Assembly (NCBI GenBank): GCA_043821645.1
Contig: JBDRCO010000023.1
Coordinates: forward strand, 160,001-224,000
DNA: 64,000 bases
Source: Pseudomonadota bacterium
GTDB lineage: Bacteria; Myxococcota; JACRCW01; JAFGSX01
Reading direction: 5' to 3'
Positions 28,261 through 37,340 of the stretch are shown here, in pieces. The translations under genes were made by a program, and so were the position numbers. The stretch's first letter is position 1, and the number at the start of each line of letters is the position of its first letter. Under the pieces are notes generated by a model that saw only the letters and a list, made by a program, of their open reading frames with translations, was not told the origin of the DNA and ran no database searches.

Positions 28261-30156
28261 TCAACGCAGGTTGTTGCGGACCGAGCCTGTTCGACGGCAG
28301 CGCCATCCTAAAAGCCCCAGCAGGAAAAGAATCCCAGGCCGGGAGACACTCGTTCTGCACTGGCAGCCTGCGGTGCTGGGAGTAGGCGGATCGCACGGCT
28401 CCCCGACGCAGGCCAGTGAGCGGTCGTCCGCGTCTCCACCCGAGACTGCTGCATCGACACCAGTGTTCGCGACGCTGTCGTTCGTGGCCAAGTCCGAGCC
28501 TGCCCAAGCGTCACCCGTGTTGCTGGCATCGACGGGAGCAACGGTCCCGACGTCAGCCAGGCTGGTTCCCGCATCCGGAGTGCCTGCATCAGCGGCCATG
28601 CACTGACCTTGCGCGCAGGTCTGCTCCGCACCACATGCACCACACACGCCGCCACAGCCGTCCGGTCCACAGACGCGCCCCGCACAATCGGGCACACAGC
28701 CAGCACGTGGCTTTCCCCATAGCATGGTGCGTGCGTAGCCCAGCCCCAGGCTGGCGCCCATGCAGAACTCGCCCACCGCGGTCGGGCCCTCCAGAAACCA
28801 CATGTACGGATCCTGCAGATCCTCGCCGAGCACAAACCAGCGCAGCACGTCCCAGGCGTAGAAGTAGCAGGGGCCCATATGCAGGCCCCCCGCCACCAGG
28901 GCCCGGGTGTCGTAGCCCCGGTCCGCCATCAGGGGCTCGACCATGAGAATCTGGCGCTTGCCGCGGTTGGTCATCTCGACCAGGTCGGCGTACTTGTCGT
29001 TGCCCGGGCTGCGGCCCATGTCCATCCAGTCGGCATAGCCCCAGTTCTCCTGGATGAAGGTGGTGGAGCCAACGCGGGCGCTGTCGCTGCCCGCGCAGAG
29101 GTCGGCGATCGCCTGGTATGGGTAGAACACGTAGAGGTAGCGGCGCAGGGTGCCCTGACCGGGGTCGGGCGGATACGCACTGAGGCCGGCGCCGCGCATC
29201 CTCCAGTAGATGCCACCGATGTAGAAGGCCAGCAGTTCCCGCTCGCGGTCACTCAGCGCCGGGTGCAGCAGCTCTGGGCGCACCCGCCCCTGGGCCTCGA
29301 CGGCGGCGCGGTCGTCCGCGGCCTGGGCCAGCCCCTCGCTGTACAGGGTGTTCAGCCCGCTGCGCACCGCCGTGAGCTCGTCGACCAGGGTCCCGATGGT
29401 GGTGGCCAGACTCTGTCGCGCCACACTGTCAAAGCAGCTCGTGTTTGCCTGCAGCAGCCCGAGCACACTGGCATAGGCGTCGAGGCGACTCTGGAGCTGG
29501 GCCTGCAGCGGGTCATGGCGGATCTTGGCGATCACTCTTCGAGCAGTCGCGACAAAATCGTCCGGGAGCAGGCCAGACGGGTATTCGACATGGGTCAGGG
29601 CTTCACCAGCGTAACTGATGAGGCCCTCGAAGCTGGACAGGTACTCGCCGGTGACCGCTCCCGGAGTCTGCCTGAAGACAAAGGTCTCGGGGAACTCCAC
29701 CTCGAGACAGGTCTCGTCGACGTGCTCGAGGGCAGCGCCTATTCGAGTGTTCACGCCCTGACAGGCCAGGGACGGGTTCGGCACCAGCAAGTTCGGGACG
29801 CTGAAGCGAGCATGCTCGACGCAGGACTGCGGGACCCGATCCCAGGCCGGGTCCTCCCCTGGCCCAGACGCCGCGGCGCGCTCCAGGGCGTCGACGACAT
29901 CCGTGAAGAAGTACAGATCCGCCAGGTCGACACTGCGAGCCTCCAGTTGCCCGGGGGGCAAGCCAGGGAGGTCGGTGCCGAGCTCGGCGAGTTTCTCCTC
30001 GACGTAGGCCGGATTCGCCGTGTCTTGAGGATCGAGATCAAAGGGCCAGGGATTCGGCTGGCCGCGCGAGAGAGCCGGCACGAGCAGGCAGATCACAAAG
30101 GGGAGCACGCCGAAGCAGCGAGGCTGGGACCGGGGAGCGGCGCGGTACTGCGACAT
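28261..30156 (-). CDS. Exported protein with Cys-rich module and MYXO-CTERM sorting signal
   Basis: Signal-like N-terminus; CVPDCAGRVCGPDGCGGVCGAC module; D/A-rich linker; C-terminal GCQC-hydrophobic-RCRR; GGGAG RBS. Confidence 0.82.
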   Translation of the reverse strand: MSQYRAAPRSQPRCFGVLPFVICLLVPALSRGQPNPWPFDLDPQDTANPAYVEEKLAELGTDLPGLPPGQLEARSVDLADLYFFTDVVDALERAAASGPGEDPAWDRVPQSCVEHARFSVPNLLVPNPSLACQGVNTRIGAALEHVDETCLEVEFPETFVFRQTPGAVTGEYLSSFEGLISYAGEALTHVEYPSGLLPDDFVATARRVIAKIRHDPLQAQLQSRLDAYASVLGLLQANTSCFDSVARQSLATTIGTLVDELTAVRSGLNTLYSEGLAQAADDRAAVEAQGRVRPELLHPALSDRERELLAFYIGGIYWRMRGAGLSAYPPDPGQGTLRRYLYVFYPYQAIADLCAGSDSARVGSTTFIQENWGYADWMDMGRSPGNDKYADLVEMTNRGKRQILMVEPLMADRGYDTRALVAGGLHMGPCYFYAWDVLRWFVLGEDLQDPYMWFLEGPTAVGEFCMGASLGLGYARTMLWGKPRAGCVPDCAGRVCGPDGCGGVCGACGAEQTCAQGQCMAADAGTPDAGTSLADVGTVAPVDASNTGDAWAGSDLATNDSVANTGVDAAVSGGDADDRSLACVGEPCDPPTPSTAGCQCRTSVSRPGILFLLGLLGWRCRRTGSVRNNLR

Positions 30157-30409
30157 GATGCTCCCTGGCTTACCGAAGGCCCGGCTTCCGTGCTGCTTGC
30201 GGAGCGGCATGGGACTGCCTGTGTTGGCTGTCGTTCCACTCATGGCAGCTCAAGTATGAGCATGTAGGTTGAGGTCACACATCGGTCGATCGGACGATGA
30301 GCGCAGGCGCAGGTCGATCGAATGCAGGATGACTTTTTCACCCGCTACAGGCCGGAATGACACCAGGTACTGGTCATGGTGGGAGAAAACGGTCGTGGAC
30401 GCGTTCGGA

Positions 30410-33400
30410 TCAGGAATCCACGCGCACCTTGAGCGGTGAGGCCCAGGCCTTGTGCTCGGCGGTGTAGTACAGGTAGGTCGAGGATGCGGGCGCGGTGTAG
30501 GTGCCAGGCACGTTGGCCACCAGGTCGATGGCAACCTCCTTCTTGGCGCGCGGCGGCAGGGCCCTGTAGTACACGATGACCTCGCGCGGCCGGGTCTCGT
30601 AGAAGTCGACCAGCTTCTTGTCGACCAGCTCTTTGAGCTGCCAGGTCTGGAAGGTCAGGCCGCCGGGGATGCCAATGCGGATGAGGGTCATGGGCAGGCC
30701 CTCGTCGCTGGTGCTCTCGAGGTTCGCCGTCACCCTCACGGTCTCGCCCATCTTGACCTCGCTCTTGGCTGCGGTGGTGGTCAGTTTGAGCGGTACCTCC
30801 GGGCTGTTGGCGGGATCGTTGCTCCGGTAGTCCACGCTCACGGTGTAGGGCAGCTCTGCCGCCGAGGTCAGCACCAGCTCCACGGTGTTGGCGCCGGCGG
30901 TCAGGTGCTTGCCGAGATCCTCGAACACGATGGGCTCGTTGCGGCCGGCATCGAAGCTCAGGGTCTGCACGGTGTCACCGTTGACCTTGATGGCGATCTC
31001 GCCCCCAGCCTTCATGCGCTTGGCAGCGCGGTCGTAGGCCGTGATGGCCTTGAGCGCCAGGATGGTGGCCTGGGTCGAGCCGAAACCGCCGTAGCCTGAA
31101 CTCTGGGTGAGCAGCCACTGCATCGCGCGCTGCAAGGCCACGGGCTGCTTGCCGTCCTTGGCCAGGGCCAGAATGGCCAGCGAGGTGGTCTCCACGTCGA
31201 GACTCTGGCCACCGGAGCGGGTGACCGAGTGGGTGGTGCCGGCGAAGCGGCCATCCTTCTGCTGCAGCTTCTCGAGCCTGTCGACCAGGGTTTTCGCCGC
31301 GCTGCCCCGGGTGTTGAGCTGGGCGTTGGCGGCGAGCGCCACGATGTAAGGATCGCTCGAGGTCTTGGCGCGGTTGGTGACCGTGGTGAGTTCGAGGTCG
31401 AGGTCGCTCATCCCGGCCTCGGTCAGGGCGTACACGATGTAAGCATCGGTGACCTCGGTGCTGGCGCCGCCAAAGCTGTCCAGGGCGCGGCTGTTGCGCT
31501 GGAACCCACCCTTGCCGTCGCGGCGACTGTACAACCACTTCTTGGTGCGCTCGATCATGGCGCTGTCGACGCCGCCAAACACGGCCTTCATGTCGACAAA
31601 CTCCATCAGGCCGTAGGCGGTCAGGGCCTCGTGCCCCGGGTCGCCACCGAACCACTCGTAGCCCTTCTGCGGACTCTCATAACCGGCGATCTTTCCGTAG
31701 CCCGAGGTCAGCAGCCGGCTCGAGCGCTCGACGATGGCGGGCTCGGCCGCGTCGTGTTCCTGCAAGTAGCGCATGACCATGATGTTGGGGTAGTTGCTCG
31801 ACGAGGCCTGCTCGAAGCAGCCAGAAGGCTCCTGCAGGATGCTCGCCACGCCGCTGAGCATCTGTGCCGCGGGCGACGGGTAGAACGAGACCACACCCGC
31901 CACACTGCCCTCGACCGCACCCTTGAGGTCGAAGCTGTGGGAGGCCTTCTTGGCCAGGTTGCCGCTCTGCGAAAGGTTGCGCGGGAAACCAAGTGGCACC
32001 ACCTTGAGCTGGCGCGTGAACTCGTCCTTGAGCCCCTGGGCCATGGCACCGATGCGAACCTCGGTCTGGCCCATCCGTCCCACTACCTCGAGGGGGAACA
32101 GCAGGGTGCGGCCCGTCGACGCGCCCAGGTCGACGCTGCCCGGGACCACATTCTCGAGCAGCTTGATTTGCTCGCCGAAGGTCGTGGTCAGGGCCACGCC
32201 CAGGGGCAAGGCGGTCTCGTTCTTCAGGGTCAAAGGCAGGCTGATGAGGTCGCCAGCCGACACCTCGAGGGGCAGCTTGACGTCCATGAAGAAGGGCAGC
32301 TTGGACGACAGTACAGTCTCGTTGCGGCCGGCCTGGCCCGCATTCGAGATACCCTCGGCGGTGATGCGAAACGATGTCACGGCGTCGGACAGGTAGAAGG
32401 TCACGGAGCCCTTGCCGTTAACGTCCGTCGACACTGAGGGATTCCAGTACACGGTCTCGCGGAAGTCGGTGCGCGGACCGTCCCAGGGTGCGCTGTAGTC
32501 CGGCACCGGGAACACGCGAACCTTGGCCCACTCCCACGCGGGTTGCGCCTTGGCCTGGTCGCCGGCGCCGGCCCAGTCCCCGTCGGCTGCGACGACGGGT
32601 TGGGGCTCGGCCGCGGCCGGGGCTGCGGCGATCTCGTTGAGGGCCATGGCGCGCCCCATGGCTCGCTTGTCCTCGGCCCTATCCATCTTCTCGGCCTTCT
32701 TGCCTGCGAGCACCCTGGCGGGAGCCCTCGCCTCGACCTCGGGCTCTGCCATGGCCAGCAAGCCGTCCTTGGCCGGCGCGGGACCCGCAGGCGCGGGCTT
32801 CTTCATCGCCGGTGCCGGGGCAGCCATCGGCATGTCCGCGGGCGGAGGTGGTGCGGCTTGCTGAGCCATCATGGGCCTCGGCCGCTTGTCAGGTCTGGCC
32901 GCCCGCGCCGCCTGCTTTCCCTCTCGCATGCCTCCCTTGCGTTGGGCCATCGCGGCGAGAGGCCTGGCGTCATCGTCGTCGGCCGCGAGCATGGCCCCGC
33001 GATCCATCATGTCGCCAATGGCGCCGCCAGCGCCGGTGGCCACCGAGGTCCGGGGTGGAGGCGGCGACCACTGCAGCACCTTCTGCCACTCGAAGCGGCG
33101 CCAGCCGCGAGTACCGAGCAGCATGTCCAGCGCACCCACCGCCTTGGCTTTTTCTTGATCAAAGTAGAAGTTGGGCTCCTCGATCTTGCCCGGCAGCTCC
33201 TTCTCCAGGAACAGGTGGGTCAGCATGTGCGCGGTCTTGTCATCGGCGAAGCTGAGCACCGTGTCATCGACGACGGAGAGCGCGAGATCGGCGGCCACGG
33301 GTTTGCCGGCCAGGTCCGTGGTCTCGACGTTGAGGGTGACCTGCCCGCGGGGGGTGTAGCTGCCGCGGTCGGGCTTGACGGTGATCTTCAGATCCTTGTG

Positions 33401-34834
33401 CCAGGCGCGGTAGACCAGGCGCTCGGCCAGGGGCTCCATGGTCTCCGAGAACACTGTCAGCCGGGCCACGCCCTGCATCTCGGAGGCAGCCAGGGGCAGA
33501 TGCACGATGGCCGGCTTGCCGGGAGCGACCTGCGCCGTCGCTGTGCCCATGCGCTTCTCGCGCATCACGGCGTTGACCAGGACTGTCCGCGGCTCGGTGC
33601 AGTGTACAGCGCAACGGATGGTGGGCTCGGCCCCACGCGGATCGTCAAACGTGCGCAAGGTGCAGCCCGTCTCGCTGGCGACGGGCAATGCGAATCGCTC
33701 GATGACGCCCACGGGCCTGGTGATCTCGGCAAAGTAGCTGCGCCCCGTGGCCGGCGTCAGGTCAAAGCGCCCCTGGCCGTCGTGGTACGAGGTGAAGGTG
33801 GCCATGGTCTGGCCGTGATCGTCGACCACCTTGCCCTCGACGTCCGCGGGCTTGTCGATCATGTTCTGCGCTGCGAAGTACACGCGCGAGGGCAGGCCCT
33901 GCACCAGGTCCCCGCCCTCGGGGAAGAAGCTGAGCTTGAGCTTGTTGAGCACGATGGGCACGCGCTTGGTGATGGACTCGGTGATGCCCATGTCCTCGAC
34001 CAGCACCGTGAGGATGCCGTCGCCGCGCTCGATGGCGGCGGGCAGGACCACGCGCACCAGCGCCGCACCCTTGTCGTCGGTCTTGACCTTGACCCGGGGC
34101 AGTTCGTTGCCATCCAAGGTGAGCACGCCGGTGAGGTCGCGACCGGCGAAGATCTCGCCGGTGGAGCGCTTGACCTCGATGGTGGCGCTGGCCGTGTCGC
34201 CCGGCCCGTAGGCCTTGCGCACGAAGTCCATCTTCATCTTGAAGCGCGGCGGCTCGTAGCTGTTCACGATGAGCGGTCGCTCGTCGCTGGTTCCGTCGTC
34301 GGTGAGCACCTTGAGGATGTACTCGCCGCCCTGGACCTCCTCGGGCAGGTCGAAATCACTGGCCGCGTAGCCACGCTGCAGTTGCACACGCTTCTGCAGC
34401 ACCACCGCACCCTTGGGGCTGATGAGCTGGGCACTCAAGCCCTGGCCGCTCGCCATGTCGATGAGAGAGGTGCTGTTGACAGCCAGAGCCCTGAACCAGA
34501 TGGTCTCGCCGGGCTGGTACAGCGGCTTGTCGAGCTGGATGTAGATGCGCTTGCTCGGGTTGTGCGCGAAATAGCCATCGGCCTTCTGCACGAAACCCTT
34601 CTGCGCGTCACCAGCCTCCGCCACGCCCGCCTGGGCGGGAGCCTGCTCCGTCGTGGCCTCCTGCGCCACGAGGCCCGCATCGATGGAGACCTGTGTGGCG
34701 ACGGGCTGGCTGGTGGCCACGGCCGCATCGGTCGTTGCGGGTTCAGGGGGGCCCGGTGGGCAGCCCAGGGCGAGACCCAGTGAGAGTGTTGCCAACACGG
34801 ACAACGTGTGTCGCGAGTTCCAAGAGGCGTGCAT
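30410..34834 (-). CDS. Alpha-2-macroglobulin / thioester-containing lipoprotein
   Basis: Lipobox LALGC; DKPLYQPGE (MG domain); low-complexity bait-like region; RTDFRETVYW; thioester PSGCFEQ; STQATILALKA; GGAGG RBS. Confidence 0.9.
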   Translation of the reverse strand: MHASWNSRHTLSVLATLSLGLALGCPPGPPEPATTDAAVATSQPVATQVSIDAGLVAQEATTEQAPAQAGVAEAGDAQKGFVQKADGYFAHNPSKRIYIQLDKPLYQPGETIWFRALAVNSTSLIDMASGQGLSAQLISPKGAVVLQKRVQLQRGYAASDFDLPEEVQGGEYILKVLTDDGTSDERPLIVNSYEPPRFKMKMDFVRKAYGPGDTASATIEVKRSTGEIFAGRDLTGVLTLDGNELPRVKVKTDDKGAALVRVVLPAAIERGDGILTVLVEDMGITESITKRVPIVLNKLKLSFFPEGGDLVQGLPSRVYFAAQNMIDKPADVEGKVVDDHGQTMATFTSYHDGQGRFDLTPATGRSYFAEITRPVGVIERFALPVASETGCTLRTFDDPRGAEPTIRCAVHCTEPRTVLVNAVMREKRMGTATAQVAPGKPAIVHLPLAASEMQGVARLTVFSETMEPLAERLVYRAWHKDLKITVKPDRGSYTPRGQVTLNVETTDLAGKPVAADLALSVVDDTVLSFADDKTAHMLTHLFLEKELPGKIEEPNFYFDQEKAKAVGALDMLLGTRGWRRFEWQKVLQWSPPPPRTSVATGAGGAIGDMMDRGAMLAADDDDARPLAAMAQRKGGMREGKQAARAARPDKRPRPMMAQQAAPPPPADMPMAAPAPAMKKPAPAGPAPAKDGLLAMAEPEVEARAPARVLAGKKAEKMDRAEDKRAMGRAMALNEIAAAPAAAEPQPVVAADGDWAGAGDQAKAQPAWEWAKVRVFPVPDYSAPWDGPRTDFRETVYWNPSVSTDVNGKGSVTFYLSDAVTSFRITAEGISNAGQAGRNETVLSSKLPFFMDVKLPLEVSAGDLISLPLTLKNETALPLGVALTTTFGEQIKLLENVVPGSVDLGASTGRTLLFPLEVVGRMGQTEVRIGAMAQGLKDEFTRQLKVVPLGFPRNLSQSGNLAKKASHSFDLKGAVEGSVAGVVSFYPSPAAQMLSGVASILQEPSGCFEQASSSNYPNIMVMRYLQEHDAAEPAIVERSSRLLTSGYGKIAGYESPQKGYEWFGGDPGHEALTAYGLMEFVDMKAVFGGVDSAMIERTKKWLYSRRDGKGGFQRNSRALDSFGGASTEVTDAYIVYALTEAGMSDLDLELTTVTNRAKTSSDPYIVALAANAQLNTRGSAAKTLVDRLEKLQQKDGRFAGTTHSVTRSGGQSLDVETTSLAILALAKDGKQPVALQRAMQWLLTQSSGYGGFGSTQATILALKAITAYDRAAKRMKAGGEIAIKVNGDTVQTLSFDAGRNEPIVFEDLGKHLTAGANTVELVLTSAAELPYTVSVDYRSNDPANSPEVPLKLTTTAAKSEVKMGETVRVTANLESTSDEGLPMTLIRIGIPGGLTFQTWQLKELVDKKLVDFYETRPREVIVYYRALPPRAKKEVAIDLVANVPGTYTAPASSTYLYYTAEHKAWASPLKVRVDS

Positions 34835-34896
34835 GAGTCCCTCCGCAGCCGCGCGACAAAGCGCGGTGCCATCCCAGCGGTGCTTTCAGCTCCGCA

Positions 34897-34924
34897 AGCG
34901 TAGACCTGTCTGTGGCAGTGTCAA
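34897..34924 (-). promoter_or_regulatory. Sigma70-type promoter for the A2M gene
   Basis: TTGACA-N16-TACGCT. Confidence 0.45.
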
Positions 34925-34979
34925 CGCGCGACGGTGCCGCACGATCTGCGCCCTCCCCAGTTCCCCGCGGGAGCAGCGT

Positions 34980-35651
34980 TCAGCGTTCCTCGGTCCGAGG
35001 ACGAAATGAACCGATGAAAGCTCTGGCCTCGAGCTCATCGATGCGCTTCTCGTCGTCAAAGTAGGCAGCCACCGCTGCGCCCTTGCCCGAGGAGACCAGC
35101 ACGGCATGCCATCTCACGCGCAGCTCGCTGTCCTCGGCAGTGGTCGTGGCGTCGAAGCACAGTGCGCGCCGCCCCGCGACCTCGCAGGGCTGTGACTTCA
35201 CCTCGGCGTTCCGCGTCCCCTGACCGCTGGCCTGCCCCATGGCCTCGAGAAGATCCTTCTCGTCGAGCTCCACCTCCAGGCGACCGATCGCGGCCGTGGC
35301 CTGCTGGCTCCCGCCGTCCTCCGAACGCGCGAAGATGGCGATCTTTCCGAGCACCGGCAGGCGAAGCGCGCCCTTGGGGCTGAAGCCCGGCGGCAGGACA
35401 TACTGCGCCACCTCCTGTGCCGCGCGCTCCACCTCGGCGGGCTCCTCGACCACGGAGCGTTCGACCACCTTGCCGCAGGCATAGACCGAGATGACCGCCA
35501 GCACGGCCAGCACGCCAAGGGTGACGAGGCAGCCCTTGAGACAGCCGCCACCCTTCTTGTCACGCGCCCGCCGGCTGGTCGGGCCCAGCGGCTGCGCGTG
35601 CTCGCTGTCGTCAATGGGGGCGAATCCGTTGTCGAGATGGCGATCACTCAT
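34980..35651 (-). CDS. Hypothetical single-TM membrane protein
   Basis: KKGGGCLKGC followed by a hydrophobic helix, then a soluble domain. Confidence 0.72.
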   Translation of the reverse strand: MSDRHLDNGFAPIDDSEHAQPLGPTSRRARDKKGGGCLKGCLVTLGVLAVLAVISVYACGKVVERSVVEEPAEVERAAQEVAQYVLPPGFSPKGALRLPVLGKIAIFARSEDGGSQQATAAIGRLEVELDEKDLLEAMGQASGQGTRNAEVKSQPCEVAGRRALCFDATTTAEDSELRVRWHAVLVSSGKGAAVAAYFDDEKRIDELEARAFIGSFRPRTEER

Positions 35652-35699
35652 GTCTGGCTCGCGTACCCGCGTCCCGGGTCACATACCCTCGACATTTTT

Positions 35700-37286
35700 C
35701 TAGCCATACACTCGGTAGTCGACGTCCGGGAAGATGTTGTCGCTGCTCTCGAGGCTGCGCAGGAAACCTTCGTGCACGCCTCCGGCCATCAGATCGTTGT
35801 ACAGCCTGTTGAAGCGCTCGATGTGCTCGCAGGTCCGGCGCGTCGCATACGACACGTTGGTGTTGGTCTTCAGGATGAAGGCCCAGTCCGAGGACTGTGC
35901 CAGCAGAAGCTCTCGCACGGCCTGGTTCAGAGCCTGGCGCTCCAGATCCGACGGTCCCTGAAAATGCTCGGCCAGCTCGACCATGCGCTCCGCGGCCTTG
36001 TGCAGGTGCGGGTAGATCCAGTCGTTGCTGCCGTTGAGCCAGACCTCATTATAGCCGCGGTAGCCCCAGCTCGAGGCGCTGGGGGTCAGGACCTGGTTGG
36101 TGGGGTACTCGTCGAGATATTCCGACGGCGTGATGGGCAAGATCGATCCCTGGTCGTGAGCGAGCTTGCGAAAGAACAGCTCGAGGAACTGCGGGCCTTC
36201 ATACCACCAGTGGCCAAACAGCTCGGCATCGTAGGGGCAGACCACGACAGGACTCCTGTCCATGTGCGGACGCAGATGCTCGACCTGCTTCTCGCGATTG
36301 AACAGGAAATTGCCTGCGTGGGTCGCCACCCTCTCCCAGGCCACGTGCGGGTCGTAGATGTCCTTGTCCCCGAGGTCGACACCGGGGCCGGTGATGCGGT
36401 GATACTTGATGCCGGTATGCAGGCGAATGCCATCGGGGTGAATGTAGGGCGCGACCAGGTCCATCGGCAGGTCATAGCCGACGTCACGGTAGAAATCCCT
36501 GTACACACCATCACCCGGATAGCCCTCGTTGGCACTCCACACCTGCTTGCTGCTCTCGACGTCACGGCCAAAGGCGGCAACCCCCGCAGGGGTATAGACC
36601 GGTGCAAAGACTCCGTAGATTGGCGCCTCGCTGCCAAACAGCACCGCGTGCGTGTCGACGAAGAAGTAGCGAATCCCGGCATCGCGCAGCATGACATCGA
36701 CGCCGGCCGCATAGCCGCACTCCCCCAGCCAGATTCCCTGGGCGCGCTGTCCGAACACGCGCTCGTGATGCTCCGCCGCCACGTGAATCTGGGCGCGCAT
36801 CGCACGTTCGTTGTGGTTCATGAGCGGCAAGAACGCGTGGGTCGCCGTGCAGGTCACGATCTCGAGCTGGCCTCGCTGCAGGAACACCTTGAACCCTCGC
36901 ACGAGGTCGCGCTCGAAGCGGTCGAAGGTATCCCGGGCCGCGACGAAGCGGTCGCGGTACATGTGAGCCAGGCGATGCAGGCGCTCGTCGTCACGGGTCC
37001 TCTCGATCTCCTTTTCCGCGAGCTCAATCAGGAGACGGATGCGCCGGGCGTAGCGTTCCTGGAGCAGACCATCTTGCAGCATGGACACCAGCGGAGGGGT
37101 CAAGCTCATGGTCAGCCTGAAATCCGTGTCATCCCGCGCCAGGGCTTCCATCGCGTGTAGCAGTGGGATGTAGGTCTCCGTGATCGCCTCGTACAGCCAA
37201 AGTTCCTCTGTGAAGAAGGGGTGCTCGGGATGGCGCACGAACGGCAGGTGCGCATGGAGCATGAGAGCGATGTAACCCTTGTGCAT
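35700..37286 (-). CDS. GH57 1,4-alpha-glucan branching enzyme (DUF1957 C-terminus)
   Basis: HAHLPFV, ETYIPL, THAFLPL, WLGEC nucleophile, YDAELFGHWWYEGP, QSSDWAFI. Confidence 0.93.
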   Translation of the reverse strand: MHKGYIALMLHAHLPFVRHPEHPFFTEELWLYEAITETYIPLLHAMEALARDDTDFRLTMSLTPPLVSMLQDGLLQERYARRIRLLIELAEKEIERTRDDERLHRLAHMYRDRFVAARDTFDRFERDLVRGFKVFLQRGQLEIVTCTATHAFLPLMNHNERAMRAQIHVAAEHHERVFGQRAQGIWLGECGYAAGVDVMLRDAGIRYFFVDTHAVLFGSEAPIYGVFAPVYTPAGVAAFGRDVESSKQVWSANEGYPGDGVYRDFYRDVGYDLPMDLVAPYIHPDGIRLHTGIKYHRITGPGVDLGDKDIYDPHVAWERVATHAGNFLFNREKQVEHLRPHMDRSPVVVCPYDAELFGHWWYEGPQFLELFFRKLAHDQGSILPITPSEYLDEYPTNQVLTPSASSWGYRGYNEVWLNGSNDWIYPHLHKAAERMVELAEHFQGPSDLERQALNQAVRELLLAQSSDWAFILKTNTNVSYATRRTCEHIERFNRLYNDLMAGGVHEGFLRSLESSDNIFPDVDYRVYG

Positions 37287-37340
37287 CAGACGGCCTCGTC
37301 GAGAAGAGCAGAAGAAAAGCGGATGTCCGCACGCGATAGG

